NCBI GenBank assembly: GCA_050174015.1
Contig: JBFXKG010000001.1
Location: 32,001-96,000 of the forward strand
DNA from: Candidatus Krumholzibacteriia bacterium
GTDB lineage: Bacteria > Krumholzibacteriota > Krumholzibacteriia > LZORAL124-64-63
Length of the DNA: 64,000 nt
Direction of reading: 5' to 3'
Positions 9,069-21,895 of the stretch are shown piece after piece (within the stretch, counting starts at the first letter, position 1; each line of letters starts with the position of its first letter). Under the pieces are notes generated by a model. That model worked only from the letters and a program-made list of their open reading frames with translations. It made no database searches and was not told the origin of the DNA. The position numbers and the translations under genes are program-made.

Positions 9069-10265
9069 TCAGGGCATCTGCTTGAAGAGGTCCTTCAGGG
9101 CAGCCAGGAAGGCCTCGAGATCCTCCTCGGCGAGGGTCAGGGGCGGATCGAGCCGGAGCACCGGCGCCTTGGGCCGCCGGCCGACCAGGAACCCGCGCTG
9201 GACCAGGGCCCGGTGGAGCCAGGCGGTGCGGCTCCTGAGGCTGTCGTCGCCCAGTTCGATGGCCAGCATGAGGCCGCGGGAGCGGATGTCGACGATGCGG
9301 TCGGTGCTCTCCCGGACGGCCATCAGCCCCGCCAGCAGCCGGGCGCCGGTGCGGCGCCCCTGTTCGATCAGGCCCTCTTCCTCGATGACGTCGATGACGG
9401 TGGCCGCCACCGCCGCCCCCAGCGGGTCGTTCTGGTGGGATTGGGCGTAGGCGATCGGAATGTCGCCGAGCATCCGCACCGCCCGGGGCGAAAAGACGGT
9501 GGCGCTGACGGGATAGCCGGCCCCCAGGCCCTTGCCCAGGGCGACGATGTCGGGCGCGATCCCGTAGTGCTGGAACCCGAACCACTCGCCGGTGCGGCCC
9601 ATCCCCGTGGTGACCTCGTTCACCAGGACCAGCCCCCCCTCCTTCTGCACGCTCGAGGCCATGGCCTGGATGAGCTTCTTCGGCGGGAAGTGGACCAGCC
9701 CCGACGAACTGCCCGGCTCGAGCAGGTGTCCGCCGATCCTGTCGAAGGGGATCGTGGCGAAGTGCTCGCAGCCGCCCTTGCAGGATCGGGCGGCAGGGCA
9801 GCGCTTGCACACCGTCCAGTCGAAGAGGTGCCACTCTTCGGGCCGCTTGGCGTGGGCCGATCCGTAGGCCCCGAAGTAGGAGTCGGTCATCGTCAGCAAC
9901 AGCGGCCGGGGGATGACCATCCGGGCGGCCCGCACCCCGAATTCCACCGCTTCGCTCCCGGAGCAGAGCAGCACGCAGCGGCCGCCGTCGAAGTCCAGCA
10001 GGCCGAGCAGCCGCCTGGCGGTGTCCGCCACCACGGGGCTGGTGTAATTGAAACCGGTATGGGCGACGGCGGCCGCTTGGCGGGCCAGGACCTTGAGGAC
10101 CCGGGGATGGGCGTGTCCGATGGACGTGCACCAGACGCCCGATTCCAGGTCGAGGTACCGCTTGCCGCGGGAATCGGTGACGTGGCAGCCCTCCGCCTTG
10201 ACGATGTCATGGATCAGGAGTTCGTGTCCGGGCAGCCACTGCAGGGGGTTCTGATGGGGGTTCAT
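9069..10265 (-). CDS. Class III aminotransferase (PLP-dependent)
   Basis: GKRYLDL, SGSEAVE, NEVTTGMGRTGEWFGFQH..PDIVALGKGLGAG; start at ATG 10265. Confidence 0.85.
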   Translation of the reverse strand: MNPHQNPLQWLPGHELLIHDIVKAEGCHVTDSRGKRYLDLESGVWCTSIGHAHPRVLKVLARQAAAVAHTGFNYTSPVVADTARRLLGLLDFDGGRCVLLCSGSEAVEFGVRAARMVIPRPLLLTMTDSYFGAYGSAHAKRPEEWHLFDWTVCKRCPAARSCKGGCEHFATIPFDRIGGHLLEPGSSSGLVHFPPKKLIQAMASSVQKEGGLVLVNEVTTGMGRTGEWFGFQHYGIAPDIVALGKGLGAGYPVSATVFSPRAVRMLGDIPIAYAQSHQNDPLGAAVAATVIDVIEEEGLIEQGRRTGARLLAGLMAVRESTDRIVDIRSRGLMLAIELGDDSLRSRTAWLHRALVQRGFLVGRRPKAPVLRLDPPLTLAEEDLEAFLAALKDLFKQMP

Positions 10266-10804
10266 GCCATCTCCTGGATAAGGGTTGATGATGAGCTTCA
10301 GATTGATATCCCGGGATCGCCAAGTCAACCTCCATGTGGTTGCCGCACCTGACACCCTGACACCAGAGGGCGCGTGCCGGATTCCTTGGGCCGTTCCCCT
10401 GACCCGCGGTCCGGCGTGGCGGGCACAAAACTTCACAAGATGAAGTTATCAGATGCAGCGGGTCCACTCGCGCGAAAGGCAAAATTCGGCTTGAAACCAG
10501 TCATTGAAGCACGAATTCCGCCATTTGAGCCCCCCGGGGGCACACTCCGCCTGGGGCAGGCGGCCTGTGACCCGCACGCCATGACCAGGTTCCCGGTGTG
10601 GAGAGCCTCAAATTTCATTGCATGAAGTCAGGTTGCCCGGGTCCCGCCAGCAGATCGATTCGCCCTCCGGAACAGAGGGGAGGGGGAGGGGTGGGAATGA
10701 GCGGGTCCGGGAGGGGATCGAATGACGAGAGGTCATCAAATTGGACCTGGATTTCATTTTTTTCGTATTCAGTATACAGATCACGAAACTCATTATTATA
10801 TGGG

Positions 10805-10841
10805 GATCACCCCCAGGATCGCAGGGATCGTGGGGGTGATC
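10805..10841. terminator. 16-bp stem-loop downstream of the lamin-tail gene
   Basis: GATCACCCCCAGGATC-gcagg-GATCGTGGGGGTGATC (one mismatch). Confidence 0.45.
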
Positions 10842-10893
10842 GCTCCGGGGGTGATCCCGGATCGGAGGCAGGCGATTCGTGCGCCCGCCATCC

Positions 10894-11517
10894 TTACCGG
10901 AACAGGCTCTTGACGGCGCCGAAGCTGCTCGCCTCGTCGGCCACCACTCCGCAGGTGGTCGTGTGGGATCCGAGGTGTGTGAAGTCGTCCTGGGCGAAGC
11001 CGTCGTAGTCGTCAGCGGGGTCGTAGGCGTCGCCGGTGTCGGTGTCGCCGGTGCAGGCATCGGCCTTGCGGACCAGGGTATGCTCGGCTGTGGTCACCGG
11101 CTCGGTGCCCCAGAACGTGCCCGGATCCTCGCCCAGCCGGCCGATGGAGTCGACCAGGACGTCGTCGAAGTACAGCAGCAGGCAGTCGTCCCCGTTGTAG
11201 AACGTGAAGGCGGAGTTGACGGTGTCGTCGGCCAGGGCGAGGAGCTCGGCAACCGCGCTGGCGTTGACGATGACCCAGACGTCTCCCGAGGCGAGCGTTC
11301 CTTCGAGGAGGGCGGTGTACCCGACGGTCAGCAACCCGTTGTTGTAGCGCTCGATGCGCACCCGGGACAGATCGAGGGTGACGTTGGTGGCGTTGTAGAT
11401 CTCGACGGCCTTGTTGTTGGAGGAGCCTTCCACGTATTCGGAGAAGTAGATGGGCGTCTGGGCGGATGCGGCCGCTGCGGCGGCCAGCACGAGAAGGATC
11501 GGGAACAAGGATTTCAT
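10894..11517 (-). CDS. Secreted lamin-tail-domain protein with C-terminal SFGAVKSLFR tail
   Basis: Signal peptide; IYFSEYVEGSSNNKAVEIYN..FYNGDD..DSIG..TLVRK; ends ADEASSFGAVKSLFR. Confidence 0.85.
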   Translation of the reverse strand: MKSLFPILLVLAAAAAASAQTPIYFSEYVEGSSNNKAVEIYNATNVTLDLSRVRIERYNNGLLTVGYTALLEGTLASGDVWVIVNASAVAELLALADDTVNSAFTFYNGDDCLLLYFDDVLVDSIGRLGEDPGTFWGTEPVTTAEHTLVRKADACTGDTDTGDAYDPADDYDGFAQDDFTHLGSHTTTCGVVADEASSFGAVKSLFR

Positions 11518-11743
11518 GAGGGAACCTCCGGGTTCGAGGATGCCGGCGGGCCGCGGCGGTGGGCCCTCTCTGCACGGCGTCAGGCATCCCACCCTACATG
11601 ATCCGGCGGGAGAATGGCAAAAAATCCGGGAATCATCCCGGCGTTGCGGATTCCGGTCCCCGTCTTTATCCTGCCGGATAAGCGATCGTTCAAGCCATCC
11701 GGCGCCCGGCGCCGGTTTCCGATGAGACAAAGGAGAGGGACCC

Positions 11744-12328
11744 ATGGCACACGTCCTGCCGGATCTTCCGTACGCCAAGAACGCTCTGGAACCCCACATC
11801 TCGGCCGAGACCCTGGAATTCCATCACGACAAGCATCATGCGGCCTACGTCAACAACCTGAACAACCTGATTCCCGGCACCGAGTTCGCAGACATGACCC
11901 TCGAGGACATCGTCCGCAATGCTCCGGCCGGGGGCATCTTCAACAACGCCGCCCAGGTCTGGAACCACACCTTCTACTTCAACGGCCTCAGCCCGGAGGG
12001 CGGGGGCGCGCCGAAGGGCGATCTGGCCAAGGCCATCGACGCGGCCTTCGGAGGGTTCGACGCCTTCAAGGAGAAGTTCAGCACCGCCGCCGCGACCAAC
12101 TTCGGCAGCGGCTGGACCTGGCTCGTGAAGAACAAGAACGGCAAGCTGGAGATCCTCAACACCGACGACGCCGGCTCCGCGCTCACGCATGACGTGACCC
12201 CCATCCTGACCATCGACGTCTGGGAGCACGCCTACTACATCGACAAGCGCAACGCCCGTCCGGCCTACATCACCGCGTGGTGGAACATCGTGAACTGGGA
12301 CTTCGCCGCGAAGAACTTCGGCGGCTGA
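11744..12328 (+). CDS. sodB: Fe superoxide dismutase
   Basis: HHDKHHAAYV, FNNAAQVWNHTFY, NFGSGW, DVWEHAYY; AAQ is typical of Fe-SOD. Confidence 0.95.
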   Translation: MAHVLPDLPYAKNALEPHISAETLEFHHDKHHAAYVNNLNNLIPGTEFADMTLEDIVRNAPAGGIFNNAAQVWNHTFYFNGLSPEGGGAPKGDLAKAIDAAFGGFDAFKEKFSTAAATNFGSGWTWLVKNKNGKLEILNTDDAGSALTHDVTPILTIDVWEHAYYIDKRNARPAYITAWWNIVNWDFAAKNFGG

Positions 12329-12338
12329 TCCGGGATCC

Positions 12339-13358
12339 TTACTCGACGACAGCGGCGGCGGCCTCGGGGCCGCCGCTTTTTTCGAGCCGGACGTCGTCGA
12401 TCTCCAGGACGACGGTGTCCCCCGGGCTGTTGAGGAAGACCGAGAAGGTGGAAACGTCGCGAAGGTCGAGGAACAGGTCGGTGTTGCGTCCGATCCGGTC
12501 GCGGATTGGCAGTTCGTAGTCGGTCCATTCCGCCGTGGCGTGATGGTAGGCCAGGACCGCCCCGTCGTCGTTCTTGCCCCGATCGTCGTCCACCTTGATG
12601 GTGAAACGGGCGACCCGGTCGTCCGGTCCGCGATGGCGGGCCCGGAGCACCAGCCGGTCGTAGCCGCGCCAGTCGTAGGGGAAGAAGGACATCCGCGCCC
12701 CCGGCCAGGTGCTCGGCGGCGCCCCGGTGATGCGCAGGACGAACGTGGGTCCGCCGGGTCCGTCCGGGATGGGCGGGAAACCCACGGTCCCGTCGCCCAC
12801 CCCGGTCCACATGCGGCCGAGGTGGGGGTTCTCGAAGTCCTCGAGGACCGGGAACAGGTCACGGTGGAATCGCCGCGCGCGGGCGTCGGCGGGCAGGTGA
12901 CGCATCTCCCAGGGCAGGTAGAGGGCGCACAGGACCATGAGCGGCAGCCCCCAGCGCCGCCCCAGCCCCTTCCACGACACGAATCCCACGACGATGCCGG
13001 TGCCCACCATGTCCAGGACGACGTCGCCCCAGTAGGCCGAACGTCCCACCAGGAGCTGCGCGAACTCGATCGCCACTCCCATCAGCGAGGCGGCGAGCGC
13101 CGACCACCAGACGCGACCGCGCAGGGGGCCGGCCCAGTAGAGGACCAGGGTGATGGCGCCCAGCAGCAGCACGTGCAGCTGGTCGCCCAGCGGGCCGATC
13201 ACCGGGTGCTTGCGCAACTCGACCGGGATGGTGAGGAAGAAAGGCAGCAACAGCAGCACGCCCAGCAGGACCCAGGTCTGCCAGCGGGTGATGAAGCGGG
13301 GAGGAGGGATGGCCGGTTCGCGTTTCCGCGCCGCGGGCCTGATCCCGAAACCAGCCAT
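12339..13358 (-). CDS. Membrane protein with VanZ-like N-terminus and carbohydrate-binding-like C-terminal domain
   Basis: DQLHV..AIEFAQLLVGRSAYWGDVVLDMVG TM region; DFE..DWRGYDRLVL..IDDVRLE beta-sandwich pattern; start uncertain. Confidence 0.6.
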   Translation of the reverse strand: MAGFGIRPAARKREPAIPPPRFITRWQTWVLLGVLLLLPFFLTIPVELRKHPVIGPLGDQLHVLLLGAITLVLYWAGPLRGRVWWSALAASLMGVAIEFAQLLVGRSAYWGDVVLDMVGTGIVVGFVSWKGLGRRWGLPLMVLCALYLPWEMRHLPADARARRFHRDLFPVLEDFENPHLGRMWTGVGDGTVGFPPIPDGPGGPTFVLRITGAPPSTWPGARMSFFPYDWRGYDRLVLRARHRGPDDRVARFTIKVDDDRGKNDDGAVLAYHHATAEWTDYELPIRDRIGRNTDLFLDLRDVSTFSVFLNSPGDTVVLEIDDVRLEKSGGPEAAAAVVE

Positions 13359-13573
13359 GGGGATGCTCCGGCGGCTGCAGGTCGGATCGGGGTTGTCCGG
13401 CCGGAATCCGGCCGGGCCCCATTGTACGCCGACCTGCACGGGCCTGCCAGACAAAGTGGAAGCCCCAGGATGATCCGGCCGGGGTCGGACCGCAGCCAGG
13501 CCGCGGGGATCCCTTCACCCGTGTTCGCCTTCGCCCTGTGCAGGACCGGCGGACGGAGCTTCTTGTGAGTAAC

Positions 13574-17186
<3,613 letters not shown>

Positions 17187-17237
17187 TCATTATATTGTCA
17201 AAAACGCCCGGGGATCCTACGGAAAGCTGATTGCGCG

Positions 17238-17594
17238 ATGTGTCCAACCCGAGCGACGGTGCTCTATGACGGCGACTGCCGCTTCTGCAAGCGGGCCATT
17301 GCCCTGATCGAGCGCCACGACCAGGCCGGTCGGTTCCGCTGCCTGCCTCTCGATGCGGCGGAGGCCGCTCCGCTGCTGGCGGCGGCCGGCGGGGATTGTG
17401 AAACGCTTCACCTGCTGGACGGCGCCGGCCATCATGAGCGTTCGACGGCCGTTCTGCGCATTGCGCGGGATCTGGGCCGGCCCTGGTCCCTGCTGTGGTG
17501 GCTGCGCCTCGTGCCGCGCCGTCTGCGTGACGCCGCGTACGGGGCCGTCGCCCGCCGGCGCCGATGTATCCCCTTGCGTGATCCGCAGGCCTGA
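17238..17594 (+). CDS. DCC1-like thiol-disulfide oxidoreductase (DUF393)
   Basis: [10 protein letters not shown] motif; [22 protein letters not shown]. Confidence 0.85.
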   Translation: MCPTRATVLYDGDCRFCKRAIALIERHDQAGRFRCLPLDAAEAAPLLAAAGGDCETLHLLDGAGHHERSTAVLRIARDLGRPWSLLWWLRLVPRRLRDAAYGAVARRRRCIPLRDPQA

Positions 17595-17623
17595 TCCTCG
17601 CCGCCATCGCGCGCGTCTTCCGG

Positions 17624-18013
17624 TCACTTCCGATCCAGGCTCGCAACGCCGGCGCCCCGACAGGCGATGTACAGGAACAGGAAAGCGTACACGACGGCCA
17701 GCTCCCCCTTGTTGACGGCGGGCCAGAAGGCCCCGTCAAAGGCGAATTTCCAGTGGAACTGCAGATAGGCCACCGCCATCGTGCCGCTGGCCAGAAAGGC
17801 AGCCCAGACGGTCAGGAAACCGACGGCGATCAGCAATCCGGTGACGATCTCGATCACGCCCCCGATCCAGAGCTGGGAACCGACCGGCGGCTGATGCTCC
17901 GTCAGGACGCCGAAGATCTTTTGCATGCCATGGAAGGCGAAGAGCAATCCCGCGACGATCCGCAGGGCGGCGTAGACGGCGTCGGATCGGGGTGAGAGCA
18001 GTTTGTTCAGCAT
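17624..18013 (-). CDS. DoxX-family membrane protein
   Basis: [40 protein letters not shown]. Confidence 0.9.
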   Translation of the reverse strand: MLNKLLSPRSDAVYAALRIVAGLLFAFHGMQKIFGVLTEHQPPVGSQLWIGGVIEIVTGLLIAVGFLTVWAAFLASGTMAVAYLQFHWKFAFDGAFWPAVNKGELAVVYAFLFLYIACRGAGVASLDRK

Positions 18014-18071
18014 TGCGATCTCCTTTTCGTCGCGTGACCGTACACAATGTCCGCTCCCGGTGGACGGTCCG

Positions 18072-19298
18072 CTACCCGAAGAACAGGTAGCTGACGACGA
18101 TCGCCGCGATCACACCCGCCAGGTCGGCCGTCAGCCCGCAGACCACGGCGTGCCGCGTCCGGCGGATCCCCACCGACCCGAAGTACACCGCCAGCACGTA
18201 GAACGTGGTCTCGGTGCTGCCCTGGATCACGCTGGCCAGGCGGCCGGCGAAGGAATCGGCGCCGTGGGCGGTCATGGTCTCGATCATCATCCCGCGGGCC
18301 CCGCTGCCCGAAAGCGGCTTCATCAGGGCCGTCGGCAGGCCGTCGACCCAGCGGGCGTCCCCCCCGAGGGTCCCCACGGCGCCGCGTACCCCGTCCAGGA
18401 TGAAATCGAGGGCGCCGCTGGCCCGGAACACTCCGATGGCCACCAGCATGGCCACAAGGTAGGGGATGATGCCGACGGCGACCTTGAACCCGTCCTTGGC
18501 GCCCTCGACGAAGGTGTCGTAGAGGTCGATCCTGCGGCGGACGGCCCCCAGCATGAAGGCGATGATGATCCCGAAGACCAGCACGTTTGCCAGGACCGAG
18601 GACTGGGTTTCCAGGGCGGCCTGATCCAGCCGGGCGAAGTAGGCGACGAGCGCGGCGATCACCGCGGTCATCGTACCGAGATAGGCCAGGATCACCGGCT
18701 GCAGCAGGTTCAGCTTCTGCCAAATCGAAGTCACGATCAGGCCGGCCAGCGTGCTGCAGTAGGTGGCGATGAGGATGGGCAGGAAGATGTCCGTGGGATC
18801 GGCGGCGCCGAGCTGGGCCCTGAAGGTGAAGATCGTCACCGGGACGATGGTCACGGCCGAGGTGTTGATCACCAGGAACAGGATCATGTCGTCGCTGGCC
18901 GTGTCCTTGTCCGGATTCAACTCCTGCAGTTCCTGCATCGCCTTCAGGCCCAGGGGCGTGGCGGCGTTGTCCAGTCCCAGCATGTTGGCGGCCATGTTCA
19001 TCACGATGCTGGATCCGGCGGGGTGGCCGGCGGGCACCCCGGGGAACAACCGCCGCAGGAGGGGGCCGAACAGGCGGGCCAGGAAGTCCACGGCTCCGCC
19101 CTTCTCCCCGATGCGCATGATGCCCAGCCACAGGCACATCACGCCGGTCAGGCCGAGGGCGATCTCGAACCCCGTCCTGGCCATGTCGAAGGTGGAGCCG
19201 ACCATGTCCGCCCACACGCCGGCGTGCCCCGCGAAGCTCCGGCCCACGGCGGCGAGGAAGGCGGCGAGGAAGAAGAAGGTCCAGATCCGGTTGAGCAT
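18072..19298 (-). CDS. Fused SpmA/SpmB nucleoside-recognition (Gate) membrane protein
   Basis: MLNRIW, NMLGLDNAATPLGLKAM, KPLSGSGARG, GSTETTFYVLAVYFGSVGI. Confidence 0.9.
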   Translation of the reverse strand: MLNRIWTFFFLAAFLAAVGRSFAGHAGVWADMVGSTFDMARTGFEIALGLTGVMCLWLGIMRIGEKGGAVDFLARLFGPLLRRLFPGVPAGHPAGSSIVMNMAANMLGLDNAATPLGLKAMQELQELNPDKDTASDDMILFLVINTSAVTIVPVTIFTFRAQLGAADPTDIFLPILIATYCSTLAGLIVTSIWQKLNLLQPVILAYLGTMTAVIAALVAYFARLDQAALETQSSVLANVLVFGIIIAFMLGAVRRRIDLYDTFVEGAKDGFKVAVGIIPYLVAMLVAIGVFRASGALDFILDGVRGAVGTLGGDARWVDGLPTALMKPLSGSGARGMMIETMTAHGADSFAGRLASVIQGSTETTFYVLAVYFGSVGIRRTRHAVVCGLTADLAGVIAAIVVSYLFFG

Positions 19299-19423
19299 CA
19301 CGACTCCGGTTGGCGGTGGCTGATCGTCTCCAGGTCCTTTACGATGTCGCCATCGGTGGGGAGCATATCCTCGCCGGCAGGACCTGTCACCCATATCATC
19401 CGGCAGCCCCGAAAGGACCTCCC

Positions 19424-20263
19424 GTGGCGAACCTGTGGTCCGGCACCCTCAAGAAGATGCGCGTGGAGGCCGCGGAGCCCGTGGACTACTTCCTCAGCGA
19501 CGGCTGGTGGCAGGAAGGCGAACGGGTTCCAGACCACCACCTCAATCCGCACCTCGGCTCCCGCCTGGAGATCCGGTTCACCGGGGACATCCACTGCACC
19601 GCCTGCGGTCGGGCCACGAAGAAGACCTTCGGCCAGGGGTTCTGCTTCCCCTGCTCGCAGTCCCGGGCCGAGGCCGACATCTGCATCGTCCGTCCTGAGC
19701 TCTGCCACCACGGGGACCCCGGCAACCCCTGCCGCGAGGAGGATTTCGCCCAGCGGGAATGCTTCCAGCCGCACTATCTCTACGTCTCGCTCACCTCGGG
19801 GGTGAAGGTGGGGATCACGCGCGGGAAGAACGTCCCTTCGCGCTGGATCGATCAGGGCGCCGTGGCGGCGATCCCGGTGGCGGTCCTGCCGGATCGGCGC
19901 ACGGTGGGGCTCCTGGAGAAGCGCCTCAGCGACGCCGGATTCGCCGACAAGACCCACTGGACCCGGATGCTCAAGGGCGACCCGGACCCGCAGTTCGATC
20001 TGGCGGCGACGGCCGGCGAGGTCGTCGCCAGACTCACCGAGTGGGGGATCGAGGGCATCCTCGGCGAACTCGAGCGCATCGAATACCGGTTCGCCTATCC
20101 GGTCCTGACCTGGCCGGACAAGGTCACCAGCTTCAATCTGGACAAGGACCCCAGCGCCGGCGGGATCCTCCAGGGCATCAAGGGGCAGTACCTGATGTTC
20201 GATGCGGGGGTCATCAACCTCAGGAAGTACACGGGGTACAAGGTGGACGTGATGGTGGGGTGA
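19424..20263 (+). CDS. DUF2797-family protein
   Basis: CTACGR..KKTFGQGFCFPC, KVGITR..RWIDQGA, GIKGQYL; probable GTG start at 19424. Confidence 0.85.
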   Translation: MANLWSGTLKKMRVEAAEPVDYFLSDGWWQEGERVPDHHLNPHLGSRLEIRFTGDIHCTACGRATKKTFGQGFCFPCSQSRAEADICIVRPELCHHGDPGNPCREEDFAQRECFQPHYLYVSLTSGVKVGITRGKNVPSRWIDQGAVAAIPVAVLPDRRTVGLLEKRLSDAGFADKTHWTRMLKGDPDPQFDLAATAGEVVARLTEWGIEGILGELERIEYRFAYPVLTWPDKVTSFNLDKDPSAGGILQGIKGQYLMFDAGVINLRKYTGYKVDVMVG

Positions 20264-20372
20264 GGGACATCCGCCCTTCCGTATCCGGGTGGCGGAATTC
20301 TTCTTGCATTTTGAATTGCAATTTGTAAAAATAATATCCCATCAGATTCCTGGGCAATAAAGGGGGACCCTC

Positions 20373-21074
20373 ATGATGTTCCTTACAAGACTCATCCTGG
20401 CCGGCACCCTGGGCCTCGTGGCCGGCAACGCTTCGGCACTCAACATCCTTCTCGCCGATGGAGCGCCCCATCTCGGATATCCGGATGTGGCCCCCCGCCT
20501 CGTGGGCTTGGGGCACACCGTCATTCCAGGAGACCCGCTCACCTGGGACGCCGCCTTCGATTACGCGCCCTATGACGTGGTGGCTTTCCAGTACGATTCG
20601 AAGAATCCCGCCGACCTGGCCCACCTGACAGCTGCGCTGGATTCCGGGCAGATCGGGGTCGTCTTCTTCCGGGCGTTCGGGCACAACGCGACCGTGATCG
20701 GCCTGGGACTGATGACCACCACCGAGGAAGCCTGGCAATCGCCCACCGATCTGACCGTAACGGACAACACCCATCCCATCACCTCGTTCCTGCCCCTGGG
20801 AACGGTGAACCTGGGGTTTACCTACATGGGCTGGTATCTGACCCCGGCGCCCGATGCGTCCGTCCTTGCGACCGGCCCCTCGGGTCCCGCCCTGATCGTT
20901 CACGACACCCGGCGAGCGGTGTTGGTGCCGTACTTCGGTCATGCGGTCAACCACGAAGCGGAGAACGAGACCGGGCTGACCCTCACCCAGAACGCCTTGC
21001 TATGGGCTGCGAACAGCGGTTCGGTCCCTGACGAGGTTTCCTCGTTCGGATCGGTGAAGAGCCTGTTCCGCTGA
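20373..21074 (+). CDS. Secreted hypothetical protein with C-terminal SFGSVKSLFR tail
   Basis: Signal peptide (..GNASA/LN); HPIT motif; ends VPDEVSSFGSVKSLFR. Confidence 0.8.
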   Translation: MMFLTRLILAGTLGLVAGNASALNILLADGAPHLGYPDVAPRLVGLGHTVIPGDPLTWDAAFDYAPYDVVAFQYDSKNPADLAHLTAALDSGQIGVVFFRAFGHNATVIGLGLMTTTEEAWQSPTDLTVTDNTHPITSFLPLGTVNLGFTYMGWYLTPAPDASVLATGPSGPALIVHDTRRAVLVPYFGHAVNHEAENETGLTLTQNALLWAANSGSVPDEVSSFGSVKSLFR

Positions 21075-21136
21075 AGTCGGGGAAGGATGGGGCTCCGCCG
21101 AGGTGGGGCCCTTCCTTTCAGGCCGCTTGCCGATTC

Positions 21137-21757
21137 TCAGTCCTTCAGCTCCACCGTCACGTCCCTGCCGATGAGCTCGGCGAAAGCCATCTTCCCGATT
21201 CCCATGGCCTCGCCGCGCGCGTACGCCGCCGAAACGTCCATCCCATGGTGCCGCACGAGGTAGGCCGCCCACATGTGGCTGGCGCGCCATCCCACGGTGC
21301 AGTGGACGAGGATGGTCCCTGGATGGGCGGCGACGACGGCCGCGAACGAATCCACCGCGGCGGGCGTGTAGGGGTACTCGTCGCCTCCGAGGGGAATGGA
21401 CACGTAGACCAGTCCCAGGCTGTCCGCCAGAGCAGGTTCGTCGAAGGGAACCCGATCGCGGTTCCCGACCTCGACGGGTGTCCGCAGGTTGATCACCGCC
21501 GTCAGGCCCCTCGACGGCATCTCCAGCATGGCGTCCCGGCGGGGCTGACCAGAGATCAGGACCCGGCCTTCCCGGTGGATCCCCCCGGTAAACCCGCTCC
21601 AGTCCCCGACGGTGTCGGGGACGGCGGCCAGGTGATGGCCGACGGATTCCAGGCTGGAGGGTAGGAGGGGGGCCGTCTGCAGGTGAGGACGCTGGCCGCA
21701 TCCTGCCGACAGCAATGCGCCCGCGAAGCCGAGGATCAGCAGCATTCTTCTCATCAC
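21137..21757 (-). CDS. Lipoprotein of the tyrosine-phosphatase-like/DUF442 sulfurtransferase family
   Basis: LSAGC lipobox; SGQP, VINLR, VHCTVGWRAS (CX5R) motif. Confidence 0.75.
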   Translation of the reverse strand: MMRRMLLILGFAGALLSAGCGQRPHLQTAPLLPSSLESVGHHLAAVPDTVGDWSGFTGGIHREGRVLISGQPRRDAMLEMPSRGLTAVINLRTPVEVGNRDRVPFDEPALADSLGLVYVSIPLGGDEYPYTPAAVDSFAAVVAAHPGTILVHCTVGWRASHMWAAYLVRHHGMDVSAAYARGEAMGIGKMAFAELIGRDVTVELKD

Positions 21758-21895
21758 GGTCCTTTCGGGGTCGATGGTCGGCGCCGGAAATCCAGGGATC
21801 CCCTGTAATCTTCCAAAATCCCACCAAATTGGTCTAATATGGACATGGCTGAATCGCCACCGGTCCGATCCTGGCCAACCCGAAGGGAGAATACC

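Noticed and set aside
10266..10740. Riboswitch upstream of the class III aminotransferase
   Set aside because: I could not match SAM, lysine, glycine or TPP consensus elements by eye; an Rfam scan is needed.
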